Positions 13,001 to 26,676 are shown, numbered from the whole stretch's first letter. The stretch is 63,223 nt of DNA, filler included, from Reticulomyxa filosa (GCA_000512085.1; 11 parts of 11 records of this genome joined end to end with filler, not necessarily neighbours in it); one strand, 5' to 3'. Notes: a model not told the origin generated them from the letters alone. Numbers and translations are program-made.

Positions 13001-13964
13001 TAACAATAATAATGATACTGCTGCCATTGGCGTGCGAGACTATCCGTTGGCGGCATTATCGGAGGTGAAGACAGAGAATGAAGACGAAGAGGGGGACGAA
13101 GACGAAGAAAGCTCGAAACGTCCAAGAAGGGACGACGTGGATCCATTTTCGACGCCCAAGCCATTGGGTCCGTGGAATTCGTTCAGCGCCACCAGCTCGT
13201 TGTTTTCCGCGCGAAACCAGTTTATGATTCGAAAGTCACCTCCGTTGCATACCACCAATGCCAACATCAATAGTAATGGCAATAATGGCAACAATGGCAA
13301 CAATGGCAACAATGGTAACAATGGTAATGGCAATGGCAATATTGCAGCACTTCCACCTCCCGTCACCGCTGCAAGTGTAACGGGTAATCCCTCGCCGGGA
13401 ATGCTGCCTGCAAACAATCCTTTCCCCGCCAATCTCCCGTCCATCGCCACCGAGCACGAGTATTCCGTGACGGTGTTGGATCTGCCTTCCAACACTGTCG
13501 TCGAAATGGACGAAACCATTGAAAACCTTTCCGGAGTGAGGACTGTCACAACTTCGAGTTTATTTTTTTTTTTCTGTTATTGTCATCATCTCATTTGTGT
13601 TGATACAAAATATGACATTGGGACGAGGGGAAACAGAGGACACGCCAACGCCGAACAGACGTATCAATTTGCTGAGCTCGCCTTCCGACGGAGTGCAGTC
13701 GATCATGCCGACGCCGGTGGGTAAGCAGCCCTTCCCGGTCATGAAGCATCAAGCCAGCAGCGGCAGCAACTTTGGACTGCCTCTCAAAAGCACCATGCAT
13801 GACCTGGCCAAAGACATCCCCGCGTCCGGAGGGCCTCTGCGCTTTGATGCAAACGCTGCTACAAAACCCAACCGAGTCAATGATAACAACAATAATAATA
13901 ATGATAATAATAATAATAATAATAATAACAATAATAATAATAATGGCAATGGAAAGAAGATAGG
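8967..13964 (+). CDS. SAM-domain protein with long Asn/Asp/Gln low-complexity regions (partial, multi-exon)
   Basis: SAM motif VSQWSAKQVGLWLSSLGLLRYQSDFEYQGTDGKKLLRLRYDDLGDM...YFFQRLQKL at ~9357-9550. Consecutive + strand ORFs 9093, 9688, 11302, 11775 and 13597 are separated by intron-like stretches. Open at both contig ends. Confidence 0.75.
10159..13945 (+). repeat. Coding microsatellites: (AAT)n poly-Asn, (GAT/GAC)n poly-Asp, and HE, NT, QS, QL dipeptide repeats
   Basis: Directly visible, e.g. 10159-10210, 10680-10750, 11518-11573, 12255-12310, 12615-12680, 12810-12890, 12952-13013, 13885-13945. Confidence 0.95.
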
Positions 13965-14064
13965 NNNNNNNNNNNNNNNNNNNNNNNNNNNNNNNNNNNN
14001 NNNNNNNNTTAATTAATTAANNNNNNNNNNNNNNNNNNNNNNNNNNNNNNNNNNNNNNNNNNNN

Positions 14065-14650
14065 ATTATTATTATTATTATTATCTGTTTTAGGTTGTGA
14101 TAATATTTCATATAAAATATCTTCTGTCCATATTTTTGCATTAAATTCAAAACATTCTCCAATAATAACACGTGTTATATTATTTATAAAAGATAATGAA
14201 GCAGTATATCTTTTTTCTGTATTTGATATAGAAGCATAACCTAAATAAGAACGATATTCACGATTTATATTAAAATATGATTTTGTATTATTATTATATA
14301 TTATTATTATTATAATATAAAATATTACTATCAGAATCATGAAGTTGTTCAAATAATGATAAATCCATATCAAATATAATATTTCTTTTTCCATTACATT
14401 TTATTTTAGTAATAGTATGAAATTTAAGTTTAATTTTTTCATGTAATGTATGTTTTATTGGTAAATGTAAAGGAATATCTTTTATTATTGTATAAGTTAT
14501 ATTTGACATATCAATATAACAATGTTCATAAGCATTTGTATCTATTAAATATTTAGGATTATTTTCATTATTAAGTATTTTACTATTACTAATACTAATC
14601 ATTATTAATAGCCAATTAAATATTGTAATTAATAAATGAAATTTCTTCAT
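14065..14650 (-). CDS. Hypothetical secreted or membrane protein, very AT-rich, one frame break at ~14295, 3' truncated
   Basis: Signal-peptide-like start MKKFHLLITIFNWLLIMISIS. ORFs 14294-14650 and 14017-14394 join across an (AAT)n run. Confidence 0.5.
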
Positions 14651-14993
14651 ATTGAATAGAAAAGATATTTTGTAAAAAGATTTTATTTAAAAAAAAAAAA
14701 TTATTAATTAATAATGAGTTATGGTATTTGACGTCACATTGAAATCAAAAAAAGAAATGATGATAAATTTATTGAAATTAAGATTTTCATATTTATAAAT
14801 GATGGAAAATTAAAATTTTCAAAATTAAATGAAAAAAATCCATCAATCAATCAATCAATTCTTTTCACTCTTTCTAATTCTTAAAAAAAAAAAAAAATGA
14901 TATCTTTATCAATCAACGTGCTCTATAAAAATCAAAAAATCAAAAAATCAAATAAATAAATAAATACATTTATATTTTATAAAAAATAAAATT

Positions 14994-15799
14994 TTACCCG
15001 AAAAATGCTTTGGATACTTGATCAATAACAGCTTCTGCACAAGTACTACTACTTGCTGGATTTTGTCCAGTAACAAGTCTTGTATCTGTTACAACATGAG
15101 ATTTAAAATTATCTGCTGATGAATAATTAGCTTTTCTTTTTTTAAGTTCATCTTCGAGTGAAAAAGGAACTACTTTTGTTAATTCTACAGCTTCTTCTTC
15201 TTTATTACTAAATCCAGTTACATTTTTTCCTTTAATTAAATATTCACCTTTTTCATCTTTTAAATTTAATATTCCTGCTGGACCATGACATACTGCTCCA
15301 ATTACACCACCATTGTTATATATTTTTTCTGCTGCTTTATTTAAGATTGAATCATTAGGAAAATCCCACATTGTTCCATGTCCACCAGAATAAAATATGG
15401 CCTATATATATAATATATATTATATATTTATTTATTTACATATACACATATATTATATATATTCATAACATGATATTTAGATACATCTAATGCACTTATT
15501 GCATATGTTTCTAAATATTTTCCTTGATTTGATTCCAAAAATTCTTTCACAAATTTTTGACAAGTTGCATCTGAACTAAAATTTTTTATACTTCCTTCAT
15601 CTACTTCTGCCAATCCACCTTTTATTGATGTAAATACTACATCATAACTTTTTTCTTTAAATAAATAGTATGGATGAGCAACCTCTGGCAAATAAAATCC
15701 TGTTTGCTTCTTTGTGTCTCCTAATTTTGTGTGGTTTGTCACCACAAGTAATACTTTTACTTTTTTTGGCACTTCATCTGATTTTTTCTCTTCGGCCAT
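14994..15799 (-). CDS. DJ-1/PfpI family Hsp31-like protein (glyoxalase III / class I glutamine amidotransferase-like)
   Basis: TGFYLPEVAHPY, AIFYSGGHGTMWDFP, GAVCHGPAG (catalytic Cys-His), VTGFSNKEE, LVTGQNPAS. One GT-AG intron at 15469-15402. Confidence 0.95.
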
Positions 15800-16202
15800 T
15801 TCTCTTTTTTTTTTGCTTTTTTTTTTAGATGACGTTACAAACTTTAAAACAAAAAGTTACTAGTAACACTCTAACGCCCCCAGCTCGTTTTTAACCACGT
15901 CCTTGTCATTTAATCCTTTTATTTTTTTCGATGAATTAAATCGGTTGAATTTCATGGAATTGACATTGAAAGTGCTTTATTTGTATAAAAATACATATTT
16001 TTCTGCGTTAATCTTTTTTGTGAAATTACGTAGCATTTTATTTTAAAGAAAAAGACTACTCTCTTTTAAAATTGACTTTGCGTTGCATTAAGATATTTAT
16101 TTTCTGATACTTAAAACAAAACGTTTTGCGACTTCAACGTAGTCTCGAACGTTGAAAAACCAAGAAAAAGGAAAAAGGAACTTGTGTTGAAAAAAATCAA
16201 AT

Positions 16203-18748
16203 ATGGGAGGACTGTCCTCAAATAATATAATTTTGATATTTGTATGTATCTTCAATTGGAGTCTAAGCACAATTTGCTTATTTTATTTGAAACGTTTTTG
16301 GGAGCTACGACAGTTTTCAGTGATAACAAAGCGCCACCATATTTTGGTCGTGGGCTTCAATTTGTGCATATTAGAATATGTGTGTCTTGAAAAGCCATTA
16401 GTATTGTATTGGTCGACACTGCAAAGAGATGATGTAGCATTTTGGATTGTAGGAGTACTTGAGGACATAACCTTTAGTTTAGGCGTATATGGGTGTGTGG
16501 CAATTTTGTTGTCAAGAGTATGGTTACTATCGTACGACATTCACTTGGCACTAGCGAATAGTCAAAAACAGTGGCTGCATTATCTAAGTTCAAAAATTGA
16601 AAATGACCCATCCTTTGAAAAAGTGGCTGCATACACTTGGTATATCAATCATAAAAATACACTCGGAAATGAAAAGTATCTGTTGTGGCGGATCGTAATT
16701 CCATGTGTATTACTGTTTGCAGTATTGACCAATACGTTGACACGATTTAATGAGTTGACAATTTCTTACTTGATCAAAACAGTAACCCTGATTATATTGA
16801 TATTATCTTCGTATTACGTTTGGAGATACAAACTCCCTTCTTATTACGATACCATTTATGCACGCCTCGAAATCAAACTAACAATTTATCTCGGGGCTGT
16901 GTGTCTAGTTCTTTATTTGAGCTACTCCCTTTGGAGAGTTATTGACGCCATGAATCGACAAACATCCTTCTTTTTCAAACTCCTCATTGCTCAGATTCCA
17001 TCTGTCATTTTTCTGTTTTTTGTGTGTCTGTCATCGACATTTGTGGTCTTAAAATGGACTGGATTAGACAATTTTTATCACGAATATAAGTTTCAAAAAG
17101 AAAACATCACAACAATTTCGAAAATTTTTTTTTTTTTTGCACATACGTATACTAAAAAAAAATTCTGTATATTTGGGGGGGGGGGGGGGAAAACAAGAAA
17201 AGAAAGCAAAAAGATGGACTTGAGAAAAAGACGAACTTTGGTAATGGTTCGACATGAATTGTTATACAAAAAAGCCAAAGAGCAGTCGCACAAATTAAAG
17301 GGAGTACGTGACCAAGCACAGGCGACCACGGCACCAACAACGCGCTTGGCGGTAGCAAAGAACCCGGCGCAACGACATGCTACGTTTCAATCAACGGAGA
17401 CCATCGGATTGCAACAGCTACTTGCTTCGATTTTTCGTCCCGACGAAACTGCGAATAGCATCAACATCTTTACAGAGGTACGTCAGAAGGACAGCCAATC
17501 GGCCTCAAACAGGCCACCTCTTGCATTGCGAGATATGTTACGTGTCATGCATAGATTGGAGATTTTTATGGATTTTTTGTTTCATGAATTTTCACATGAA
17601 AATTTGCTGGGTTTTGGTTTTTTTTTTTTTTTTGTAGAGAGTGAGAGAGATGTTATCTTGAAAGCTGTAATTAAAAAAAAAAAAAAGTGTGACTTATCCA
17701 CACATGTATAAAAATAGATACACATACGTATACACAAAAATAGCTTTAATCGAATTTACACAATTTGAAGAGCACTTTTTGAAGAAAGAAGGACTACAAG
17801 TCCCAACACAAGGTGGCAAACACTACGTGAGGAAAAGTATGTCGTCACAGGAAAAGATAACCGGAATTGAACTGATGGAAGATAAGCTTCGAATCATTGA
17901 ACCGTCAATGACTCACAGTCAAGTAAATTTGGAACAACGAGATGAGGCAGCAGCAATACCTCGAAAGCGCGTTCTGGCGTCGCTCTCAGAAGTTGGTGAA
18001 CTGAAATTAGATAAACCAGAATCAGTGCATGCAGATGGGCAAGAGGAAGAAGAACCAGGCGATGAGCTCGACGAAGAAGACGAGGAAGAGAAAACTATTA
18101 TTGGCACTGTTCAAGACGGAATGCCTTTGAAACGACAAGAAGAACAACAGAACCCAAATAATCAATCTAATCACTTGCATGTCGGAAGTGGACATGTCCA
18201 CGCGCTTTCGTCCCTGTTTGTTCCTATTGAAAGGTAGTTTTCTTTTATTTTGGTTTATTAGTTTTTCTTGTTGCGATGAGATTGTTGCATGTATACGTAT
18301 CGGTATGTTTGCATCGGGGGATACTTACAGCAAGACGATGACGACCAGTTTAGACAACCTAGAGAGTCAGTTTTTCCCATTAGAATTACCATCCGATTTG
18401 ATTCGATCAGAAATCGTATATAACAATGAATGGACGATGGAAGAAAAAATTCGAAAATTGATTGGCAAGTATTTGTTGAGCAACTCTCCACTAACTTTAA
18501 ATATTTCGTTTCCGGTTCGCAGCTATTTCATTGATCTTCACAAAGACAAAAACTTGGGCAATGACATGGGCATTCAAGAAAAATGTACACTCTTCCGACC
18601 TGTTATCAAAGAAGTCATTGTGTTAATGCGGGACTCATTTCTTCGGTTCCGACAAACCGAATTTTACAATAAATTGCTTGAAGAACAGTCAGAACCAAGT
18701 TCACAAAACCGTTCGCAAAATCGCTCACAAAACCCTGACACCTCCTGA
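16203..18748 (+). CDS. 7TM-RGS protein (seven transmembrane helices plus C-terminal RGS domain)
   Basis: Seven hydrophobic segments in the first ~290 aa. RGS motifs IFMDFLFHEFSHENLL/ALIEF, KYLLSNSPLTLNIS, LFRPVIKEVIVLMRDSFLRFRQTEFY. Introns 17090-17197, 17611-17743 and one near 18210-18330. Confidence 0.85.
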
Positions 18749-19061
18749 AAAGGCGTCCCTTTTCCTTATTTTCTGTTTTATAGTGTCCTGCCCCATTTTT
18801 CAGTATCTGTTTAGTGCTTTCTTCATAAATGTAATCTGGAAGAATCTTTTTCATCATTTTGTAACTTTTCATTTTTTGTGAATAATTGAAAATATGTTGA
18901 TATTGCTTGATTTCAACGAATAATTCAAATGCAACTTTATATCTTTTTAAATTGTGACCAAATAACTATTTTTTTTGTGCTATTTTTTGTTTTAAAAATT
19001 TAACCCTCTTTTGAGAAAAACTCTTAGTTGTTTCGGTTGTTTAAGAAGAAAAAAGAAAAAA

Positions 19062-22000
19062 ATGGAAATACCAAACTTTGAGCTTGACGAAACTAGTCCG
19101 TTGCAATTGATTGATTCGGCCCGTGTGATACCTACAAGGCACTCGTCTTTTAGAGCCGGAACGACAGCCAGAGACACAAAAAAAAAGCGCAATCGGACTC
19201 CTTCAAGTTGGCAGGCGATATGAATGTCAAAGTTATATTCACATTTATTTGCTAAATTAGTTTTTTGAGTGTTTTTTATAACAAACTGTTGACTTATGTA
19301 GAGATCAGTGGAAAAAAAGCGTACGTTGACACGTGCACCAGCCATGAAGGAAACACAGATACGGGAATGTGCTCCAGCAAGTGTTGCGAAATCTTGGAGA
19401 AAATCAGCTGCCACATCAAGTGAAAATGTGAGAAACACTAAAAATGCTGACGAAGAAAATCCAATGACTAGTAAAGAAGACGAAATGGATGATTGCTTTG
19501 AGAGTATTCGTAACGCGATCGTGGCATACGAGCAGCAGAGACAGTTCTTTTATTTTTTTCACAGTGAGTGTGCTAAGTACAACACCTGAATGTGCTTTGT
19601 GATGTGTTTATACAGAAAAATACAACAATATTTCAAGCTCTCAGAAGAACTAAAGCAATTGCAAATAGCAGAAAATTCTGAACTGTACAGTTTGATCAAG
19701 GTGACGCATATCACTTTGACCCGATGCCAAGGTGTAGCTGCATGTGTTTCTTTATGTGTAAGAAAAAAAAAACACTGTAAATAACAATCAAACAAATTAA
19801 CAGCGCAAAATCGACACAAAGGAGAAACATTGAACGAATTAAGGGCCATTGTGGAAGTAATAGATGAAAAGACAAGCATTGAGTTAAGGATTGTCAACTG
19901 TAAAACGAAATGAGAGATAGGATTTTGATTGGTTGCAAACCGATAGTGCTGCTGATCAGGCCTACGGGCGTCAACTATTTGACAAATTTCAAGTTTTTTC
20001 TCTTTTTTATTATCCTTTAATAAATTAGAACTTTTTTCTTGTTGTTGTTTTTCTAAGGAGTCATTCGCTGCACTGTGCAAAATGATGGAAAATAAAGTAG
20101 CTGAGTTGAGTGAGAAATCTAAAGTTTTTGTATCGTTAGCAATTTTGTTTACTGCCATACAAAAATTTAATTGATTGTTTCTACGGAGATAGCATACGAT
20201 GGAGCAGTGGCTTAAGCAAGATTGACGAACGCATTGACGAGCAAACCGCCCACACAAATAGATGTTGAGTAGTTCTATATTTTCTTTGCATACATGCAAG
20301 TAATCACGACAGTAATGACTGAAAACAGCGGAAGAAGAGCTTCGAATTTGTCAAGGAGAAGCATTGGAATACAAATTACAAATTGATGCTGAAGTTTGTC
20401 AAATTGAAAATTTGCAGATATTGCTAAACGAAGAAATAGACAAAGAGCAAGGATGCAGGGATGAGAATAAAATATTTGACAAAAAATTAGATGAGCTGTT
20501 GCAATTGAAAGAACAGAAAATTGAAATATGTAAAGGGCTGAGAGAAAGTCACAGAAACCTGAAAAACGAGTTTGAGCAGCTGCAAGTTTTATTTAACAGT
20601 TTTGTGCCAGTATTTTTTTTTTATGAATCTAATCAGATGATACTTGTTTTGATTTTTATATCATAGCTACTACAGCTACTTTGCGAAGCAAGGATTTACA
20701 AATGGTAATGGAAAAAGTCTTTATACTGGAAAAATTGTATTTTCTTTGATATTTGTATTAATGTAAACAGGAGCGCAGTTGCGAAGAAATGTCAGTACGA
20801 ATCAAAGAAAAAGACGAAGAAAACGATCGACTTTTTACGCAATGTACTGAAAAAACTGCTTACGTTTCGCAGCTTGTGTCCCAAATTAATCAAACCAGTA
20901 CTTTTATAGAACAATTGCAAACTGAAATGGAAACTGTGTATACAAATACTTCGTAAGTTGTTTCTTGTTTGATAAAATACCCAAGTGTTGAATTAATTAA
21001 TTTATTGTCTTTCAAACACAGAGAAGTTGAAAAAAAAATTGAAAATTTAAGAGAAGAAATAAACAATAAAGAGATTACAATTGAACAATTGACTAACGAA
21101 CTGTGGCAAGCCAATGCTGTGGTACATGTGAAAATGTCTGGCTGCAATGAAGCAATGGAGACGCACAAAGGTAGGAGGATAAAAGAATAGGAAAAACAAA
21201 AATAGTCTTGCGCTGTCTTTCTGACTTGTCTAAAATAGATACAAATTTGCAACACGCTCAAGGTTTAAGTGAAATACTACAGATGAACTTGGAAGCAGCG
21301 CATAAGCATTTAAGTGAATATGCGGATTTGTTGAGTGTTGTGTATTATTTTGATACTTTTACAATTCTGCAAAAAAGTTCTGCTATGAAAAGGGAAAGAA
21401 TCATTGACCAAGAAGTGGAAACATTTGAATTGGAGTTCAAAGTGGAAATGGAAGAAAATCTGGAAAAATGGGGAAACGCGCAGTTAATCTGTTTATGTTT
21501 ATCAGTTATTTTGAAAATAATTGAAAAACTGACACTATTACAACATGTGACAGTAAGTCAAACCTTAAACAACTCAACAATTTGCAAGAACAAAAAAAAG
21601 AGATGGAACAAACATTTAACGAAGCTATTGCTGAAGCACAAACTTTAGAAAATAATGCAGCTGCTGTAAACGATGAGATCAACAAAATCAAAGATCAATT
21701 AGAGAATCTTGAAACGAAAATTTGTTTCACTAGAACAAAAATATCTCAGTCTCAACAAATACATCAACAGGTATCAAATTGTTAAGAAGTAAATTATCGA
21801 TCGAGAAAACTTTGATATGTTGAAATAGCAAAATGAAATTAGCTATCAGTTAGGTATGGAAATAACTGCGAAAAATGGTGAACTGGAACGAACCGAAAAA
21901 CAAAGACAGCAAATCCTGGAAAAGAAAAAATTGAATATGGAGTTAATTGTTTGACGCTACTTCTCTGTATAGCTGTGAGGGCACAGAGAATAAACCATTT

Positions 22001-23157
22001 ATCAATAGCGATACAAGCGTAAATGAAAGAAGCAAGATTGAATTGCAGGTTCAGAGCACAACTTGTGAAGCAGAGCCGGTTCAAGATGATCAATCTGCTG
22101 TCAATACAGAAGTCGGTTAGTTTTGTAGTTTTCCATACTTACTGTTTCTTTTTGTACGTATGGAAATGTATCAACGTTGAAATAGAAAAAAATTCTGACG
22201 CCGAAAAAGTGGAAATAAGAGAAAATGATATGAAAAACGAAGCAGTGGAACCGAAAGAAGAATACACAAAAAGTGAGGCAAGTCCTGCTGTGACACCAAA
22301 AAAAAAGATCAAAAAAAAAAGAATTAATGAAAGTGATAATGACAGTGACTACATCCCAGAAAAGGTAAAACGTACCAAACGAAAAAAAAATTCTGTGTCA
22401 TCACGACAGAATAGTCACAACCAAAGTAAAAAGGTCCGCAAAGTATCGAATGGAATAAAAACAATTCGTAATGACGCCACTTCACTTGCTACACAACCTA
22501 CCAAAAAACTCAGCCTGGTATGATCTTGTACAATATTTTCAAGGCCTCTTTCTGCTTGTTTTGCCATATCATGTTGAAATTATTTCAAGGCTAGTCAAGG
22601 TGATATCAAAGAAGACAAAGAAGAACTGATGTTTGCTCAAACCCCATCTTTGCCCAAAAGAGTGAGTTTTTCTGTGTTTGAATCTGTGAAAGATGCACAG
22701 TTCATCACTTACACTCGATAGGCAAAAAGAACTCTAGGAACGACGAGGAATTGTCACAATCAGGTATGTCAACATGCAGCTCGCGAAACAAGTGAAAGGG
22801 TAAGTATATTTTTTATTCATAGATGAAAGTACAATGCCAGAAAACGTTAATGATCCCTCCAATTTTGCAACCCAAGGCAATATGACAAGAAAAAGAAAAA
22901 CCAGTCACAGTACCAAAGTTAGCAAAATTATAGTGGTTTTCCTAATTGTACACAATGTAGCGCTGTTGTTACAGAAAAACAAAAAAAGAAGTCTCAAAGA
23001 AACTCAAGAGGACGTTATCAGCAGCAAGAAAAAGCGTCGGAAGTTGACTGACAAAATGTAAGTAACCTCATAAACAAGTACACGGTTGTTCAGATGCACT
23101 TATGTGACGAATAGGCATTCGATTAAAGAAAGAATTGATATACCCGATGAGTTTTGA
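19062..23157 (+). CDS. Coiled-coil protein with basic S/T-P-rich C-terminus, many short introns
   Basis: A chain of short E/K/Q/L-rich + strand exons (19308, 20364, 20969, 21208, 21582, 22023, 22834). Tail SPAVTPKKKIKKKR and KKKRRKL. Last exon inferred (…IDIPDEF*). Confidence 0.6.
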
Positions 23158-23589
23158 CCTTGCTTACGTAGATAAAGTTATGTAAATACTATCAATCGGA
23201 TTGTGGAGTCCTAACATACATTTTTTTCAAAGTCAGAGTACCTTTTATGGACTAACAATTTTGTCATACCAAACACTGTTGTTTTAATTCAAAATATGAT
23301 TTCTGAAATATTAATTTCAAATGTCGATGACAAAAAGTAAATAAAAAAGATGTCGCTCAGCATTTTTAAAGTATTTCTCTTCAAAACAGATAATGAAAAT
23401 CCTAACAACGTATAAATACAGTAATTCCATGCGATTGAAAAAGGGAAAATAGTGTTCAGCTGATACAATGTATCCTCCACACAACGCTAAAGATTTTTTG
23501 AATATTAGAAACAAAACATCCGAAATCTTTTTATGTTTTTGCTTTTGCTTTACTCAAATGTGTTTTCATAAACGCTAATTGTTCGCTGT

Positions 23590-25250
23590 TCAATGCAAAG
23601 AATGTTTGTGAATTTCAAAATACAAATTAAATGAATCAAATAAAATTAGACGTAACGGCGATAAAAAATCCAACAGCTCCCGTATGTCCGATTCAGTTGT
23701 TTCTGTTTGAAGGTGCTCATTCTTAAAGTTCATTGTTGCAGAAGCAAAGGGTAAGTTCGTAATTTCCTTATTTGCTGAACTGCAATGTTGATCATTAGCG
23801 TCCGAATTATTGTGCTTTATCTGATCTTGATCAACAACTAATGGATGAGCTGAATCCGATCTGTCAAAACTGAAAATACTGTTTACATCTGGTGTTGTAT
23901 TAACCAAATCAAAATATGGTAAATTATTATAATCAATAGTAGCATGACCGTCATTTTTCATAGCATGATTGGGCTGCTCCCAAGTGAAATCTTGACCACC
24001 ATCAAAAGTATCAAAATAACCATTTTTTTGGCAGGTTTCATCAAACCACGGATTATAAAAATCAGTTGCACTATTTTTTGCAACCGTCTCTTTCAAACGA
24101 TTTTGCATTGGCAGAAGCTTGCGTTTCCATTGTCTGTACGTACAATTGTGTTTTGAGTAGGTCCACTTCTTCAGAGTACTATATGTTCGCTTTAACTGTA
24201 GAATTGGAGACAAAAGGAGAACAGAAAGCATATTAGGAGCATTAAAAAGAGAAAAAGCAGTAAAACTTTCTTAGATCTCTGTGATTCCAATATGGCAAAA
24301 ATTGGTTGGAAATGGCAGTCCAATTGCTAACTCCATACATTTTAATGCCCTGAGCAAGTTTAGCCAAATCTTCATCTCCCATTTCTCGTTTCGGCATGCG
24401 TTGTCTGAAATTATACTTTAATTTTGAGTTGCGATTGCGATGACGAGATATTTTGTTTTGGATATTTCCAATACTTTTATGTGGTAAAAAACGTTGCTGA
24501 ATCGACGTCCAATTATTCACCATGATATGTCTTGCTATGATTTCATTGTTTTCGTCAAACGAAATGGTCGGTTGTGATAGATGATGTCCGTATTCATTTA
24601 GTCCAAGGCCTAATAGCTTATTCTCGGTCGCACTGAAGCCACGATTTTTACGAGGAACTTATTTTTGATGTTTTTGTTTGTACATAATTTTTATATGTAT
24701 TCCTTTTTCTTCCGTTTCCACGATAAAGCAAAACTTGGCAACGTAGCAAACGAAGGAATATATTCTGCAAAAAAATATTTCTCACGAAGTTTCTTGATAA
24801 TTGTTGCGTAAGAACGACAATTAATTGCATTCAATTCAAAGTATCTTTGTTAATTTGCAGTCCAAAAAAGAAAGTATACTTCCTTTTTTTGTTCGTGATT
24901 CCTTTCCAAAAAAAAAAAAAAAAAAAAGAGGAACTCGCGGAGCCCATTGATATCAAAAACCGTTGATGCATTCGTATTCAAATCATGTTGTTCAACTGCC
25001 ATACACAATACATACTTGCTGTTCACAATGCAATTCTTTTTTTTCCCTTCTTTGTTTATTTTTCAATCCTTAAAAAAAACAAATAAAAATATTACGCACA
25101 AATGACCCTCCAAACTTATAGCACAAGGAATTTCGTCAGAGTTGGTTGATTCCTCATTCTTTGCGTTTAATGCAAGTGATTTCATTGCACCTTCACGGCA
25201 TTGTTTCAAACGATACTGTACGTTCAGAGTGAGTGCACATGTTTCCCCCC
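23590..25250 (-). CDS. Tandem Myb/SANT protein resembling the GON4L/YY1AP1/DUO3 conserved region (5' truncated)
   Basis: FSATENKLLGLGLNEYG...NWTSIQQRFLPHKS, then MGDEDLAKLAQGIKMYGVSNWTAISNQFLPYW (~24650-24270). Confidence 0.7.
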
Positions 25251-26676
25251 NNNNNNNNNNNNNNNNNNNNNNNNNNNNNNNNNNNNNNNNNNNNTTAATT
25301 AATTAANNNNNNNNNNNNNNNNNNNNNNNNNNNNNNNNNNNNNNNNNNNNTTCATTGAGAAACACAATCATCTCTATAAGGTGGCATTTTATGTTTCAAC
25401 TTTCTTTTTTATCATACTGTATTTATAATAATAATTTTTTTGATAGTTTGTACATGTGACATTTTGTATTAATATTAATAAAATGATATTTTCTATATTG
25501 TAATTAAATATCTTGTTTGTGATATATATTCATTTTGTAATGTTTTGTATAATAGTATTTATTTGTGATTTTAATAATTTAGCTTTTTAGTTTAATGTTC
25601 ATTGTTAAAAAATAACGTAAAATAAAAATATAAAAAAGATATATGATGTGCAAAAAAACATTGTAAAAAAAAAGCAAAATGTGAAATGATATTACGAAAT
25701 CAAATTATATTGTTATCACTAATTGTGTTATGACCAGATGATTTGTTGTTGACATGACAATATTGACAGCGTATTTGAACAACAATCTTTCTGATTGATG
25801 CCAGTTGAAGCGATAGTATAATTATTGTTGCGATATATATTTTGTGTATGTGAATAGGCTACTGTTTGTTGGAAAATTTTTTTTCATTGTATTCAGTAAT
25901 GTTTCTGTTTTATTTGTTTATTTATTAATAATTTCATATCAAATATAAAGATAGTGAACTGCTCAATATATTATTCTACAGTGTTTTCTGATGAAACAAA
26001 TAAGTTATTTATTTTATGATCAATATAAATGGAATATATATTAACCAACAATATCATGTTTATGTATATGTTGTCATATTTTGGATATCTTGAACTATTT
26101 ACAATTACAATCGTGTCGTTTGCAATGTCATAACAAACTGCTGTTACGTTAGTGTTGAAGAAATTAGCCAGTGCACGTCTAACGAAGTGGAGAGCCATAA
26201 GTGATAGAAAAAGACCAAAAAATACTAAAAGAAGTCTTTTTATTATTGTTATAGTTGAGCTGTACATTTTGTAGAGTTTTTACAATTAACTGAACTCAGT
26301 TTGTGTTCGCCTGATCTGTTTTTCTTGAATTTTTTACTTTTGTCACATTAAATAATTTTTTGATTTGTTTTTCTAAATTTTTATTAATAAAGCTTTTTTT
26401 TGCTGAAGAAAATGTATTTCGACATGTTTCTTTTATGGCTTTGAATTACGAAATAACTTTTTTTTTTGACAGATGTTTTCTTGATATGTTTCTCCAAAAT
26501 GATCTGTACAAAATAATAGCAACTCGTACAAGTATATTCTTGAATATAACACACGGTAGACCTCTTTCGCACATTGTCAAACACAAAGTTCTACGTTGAA
26601 CTCTTTTTCTTTTAGAGTTGACTACAAATTTGTTGGAAAGAATAAAATATCGAGCAAAGACGCAGCTACGATTATT

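Noticed and set aside
8919-13949. Many antisense or alternate-frame ORFs with poly-I, poly-Y, poly-L or poly-M
   Set aside because: Shadows of microsatellite-coded low-complexity exons.
25351-26600. Short ORFs (25971-26267 and neighbours), also 3673-3965 and 37603-37869
   Set aside because: No recognisable motifs; AT-rich intergenic or decayed sequence.
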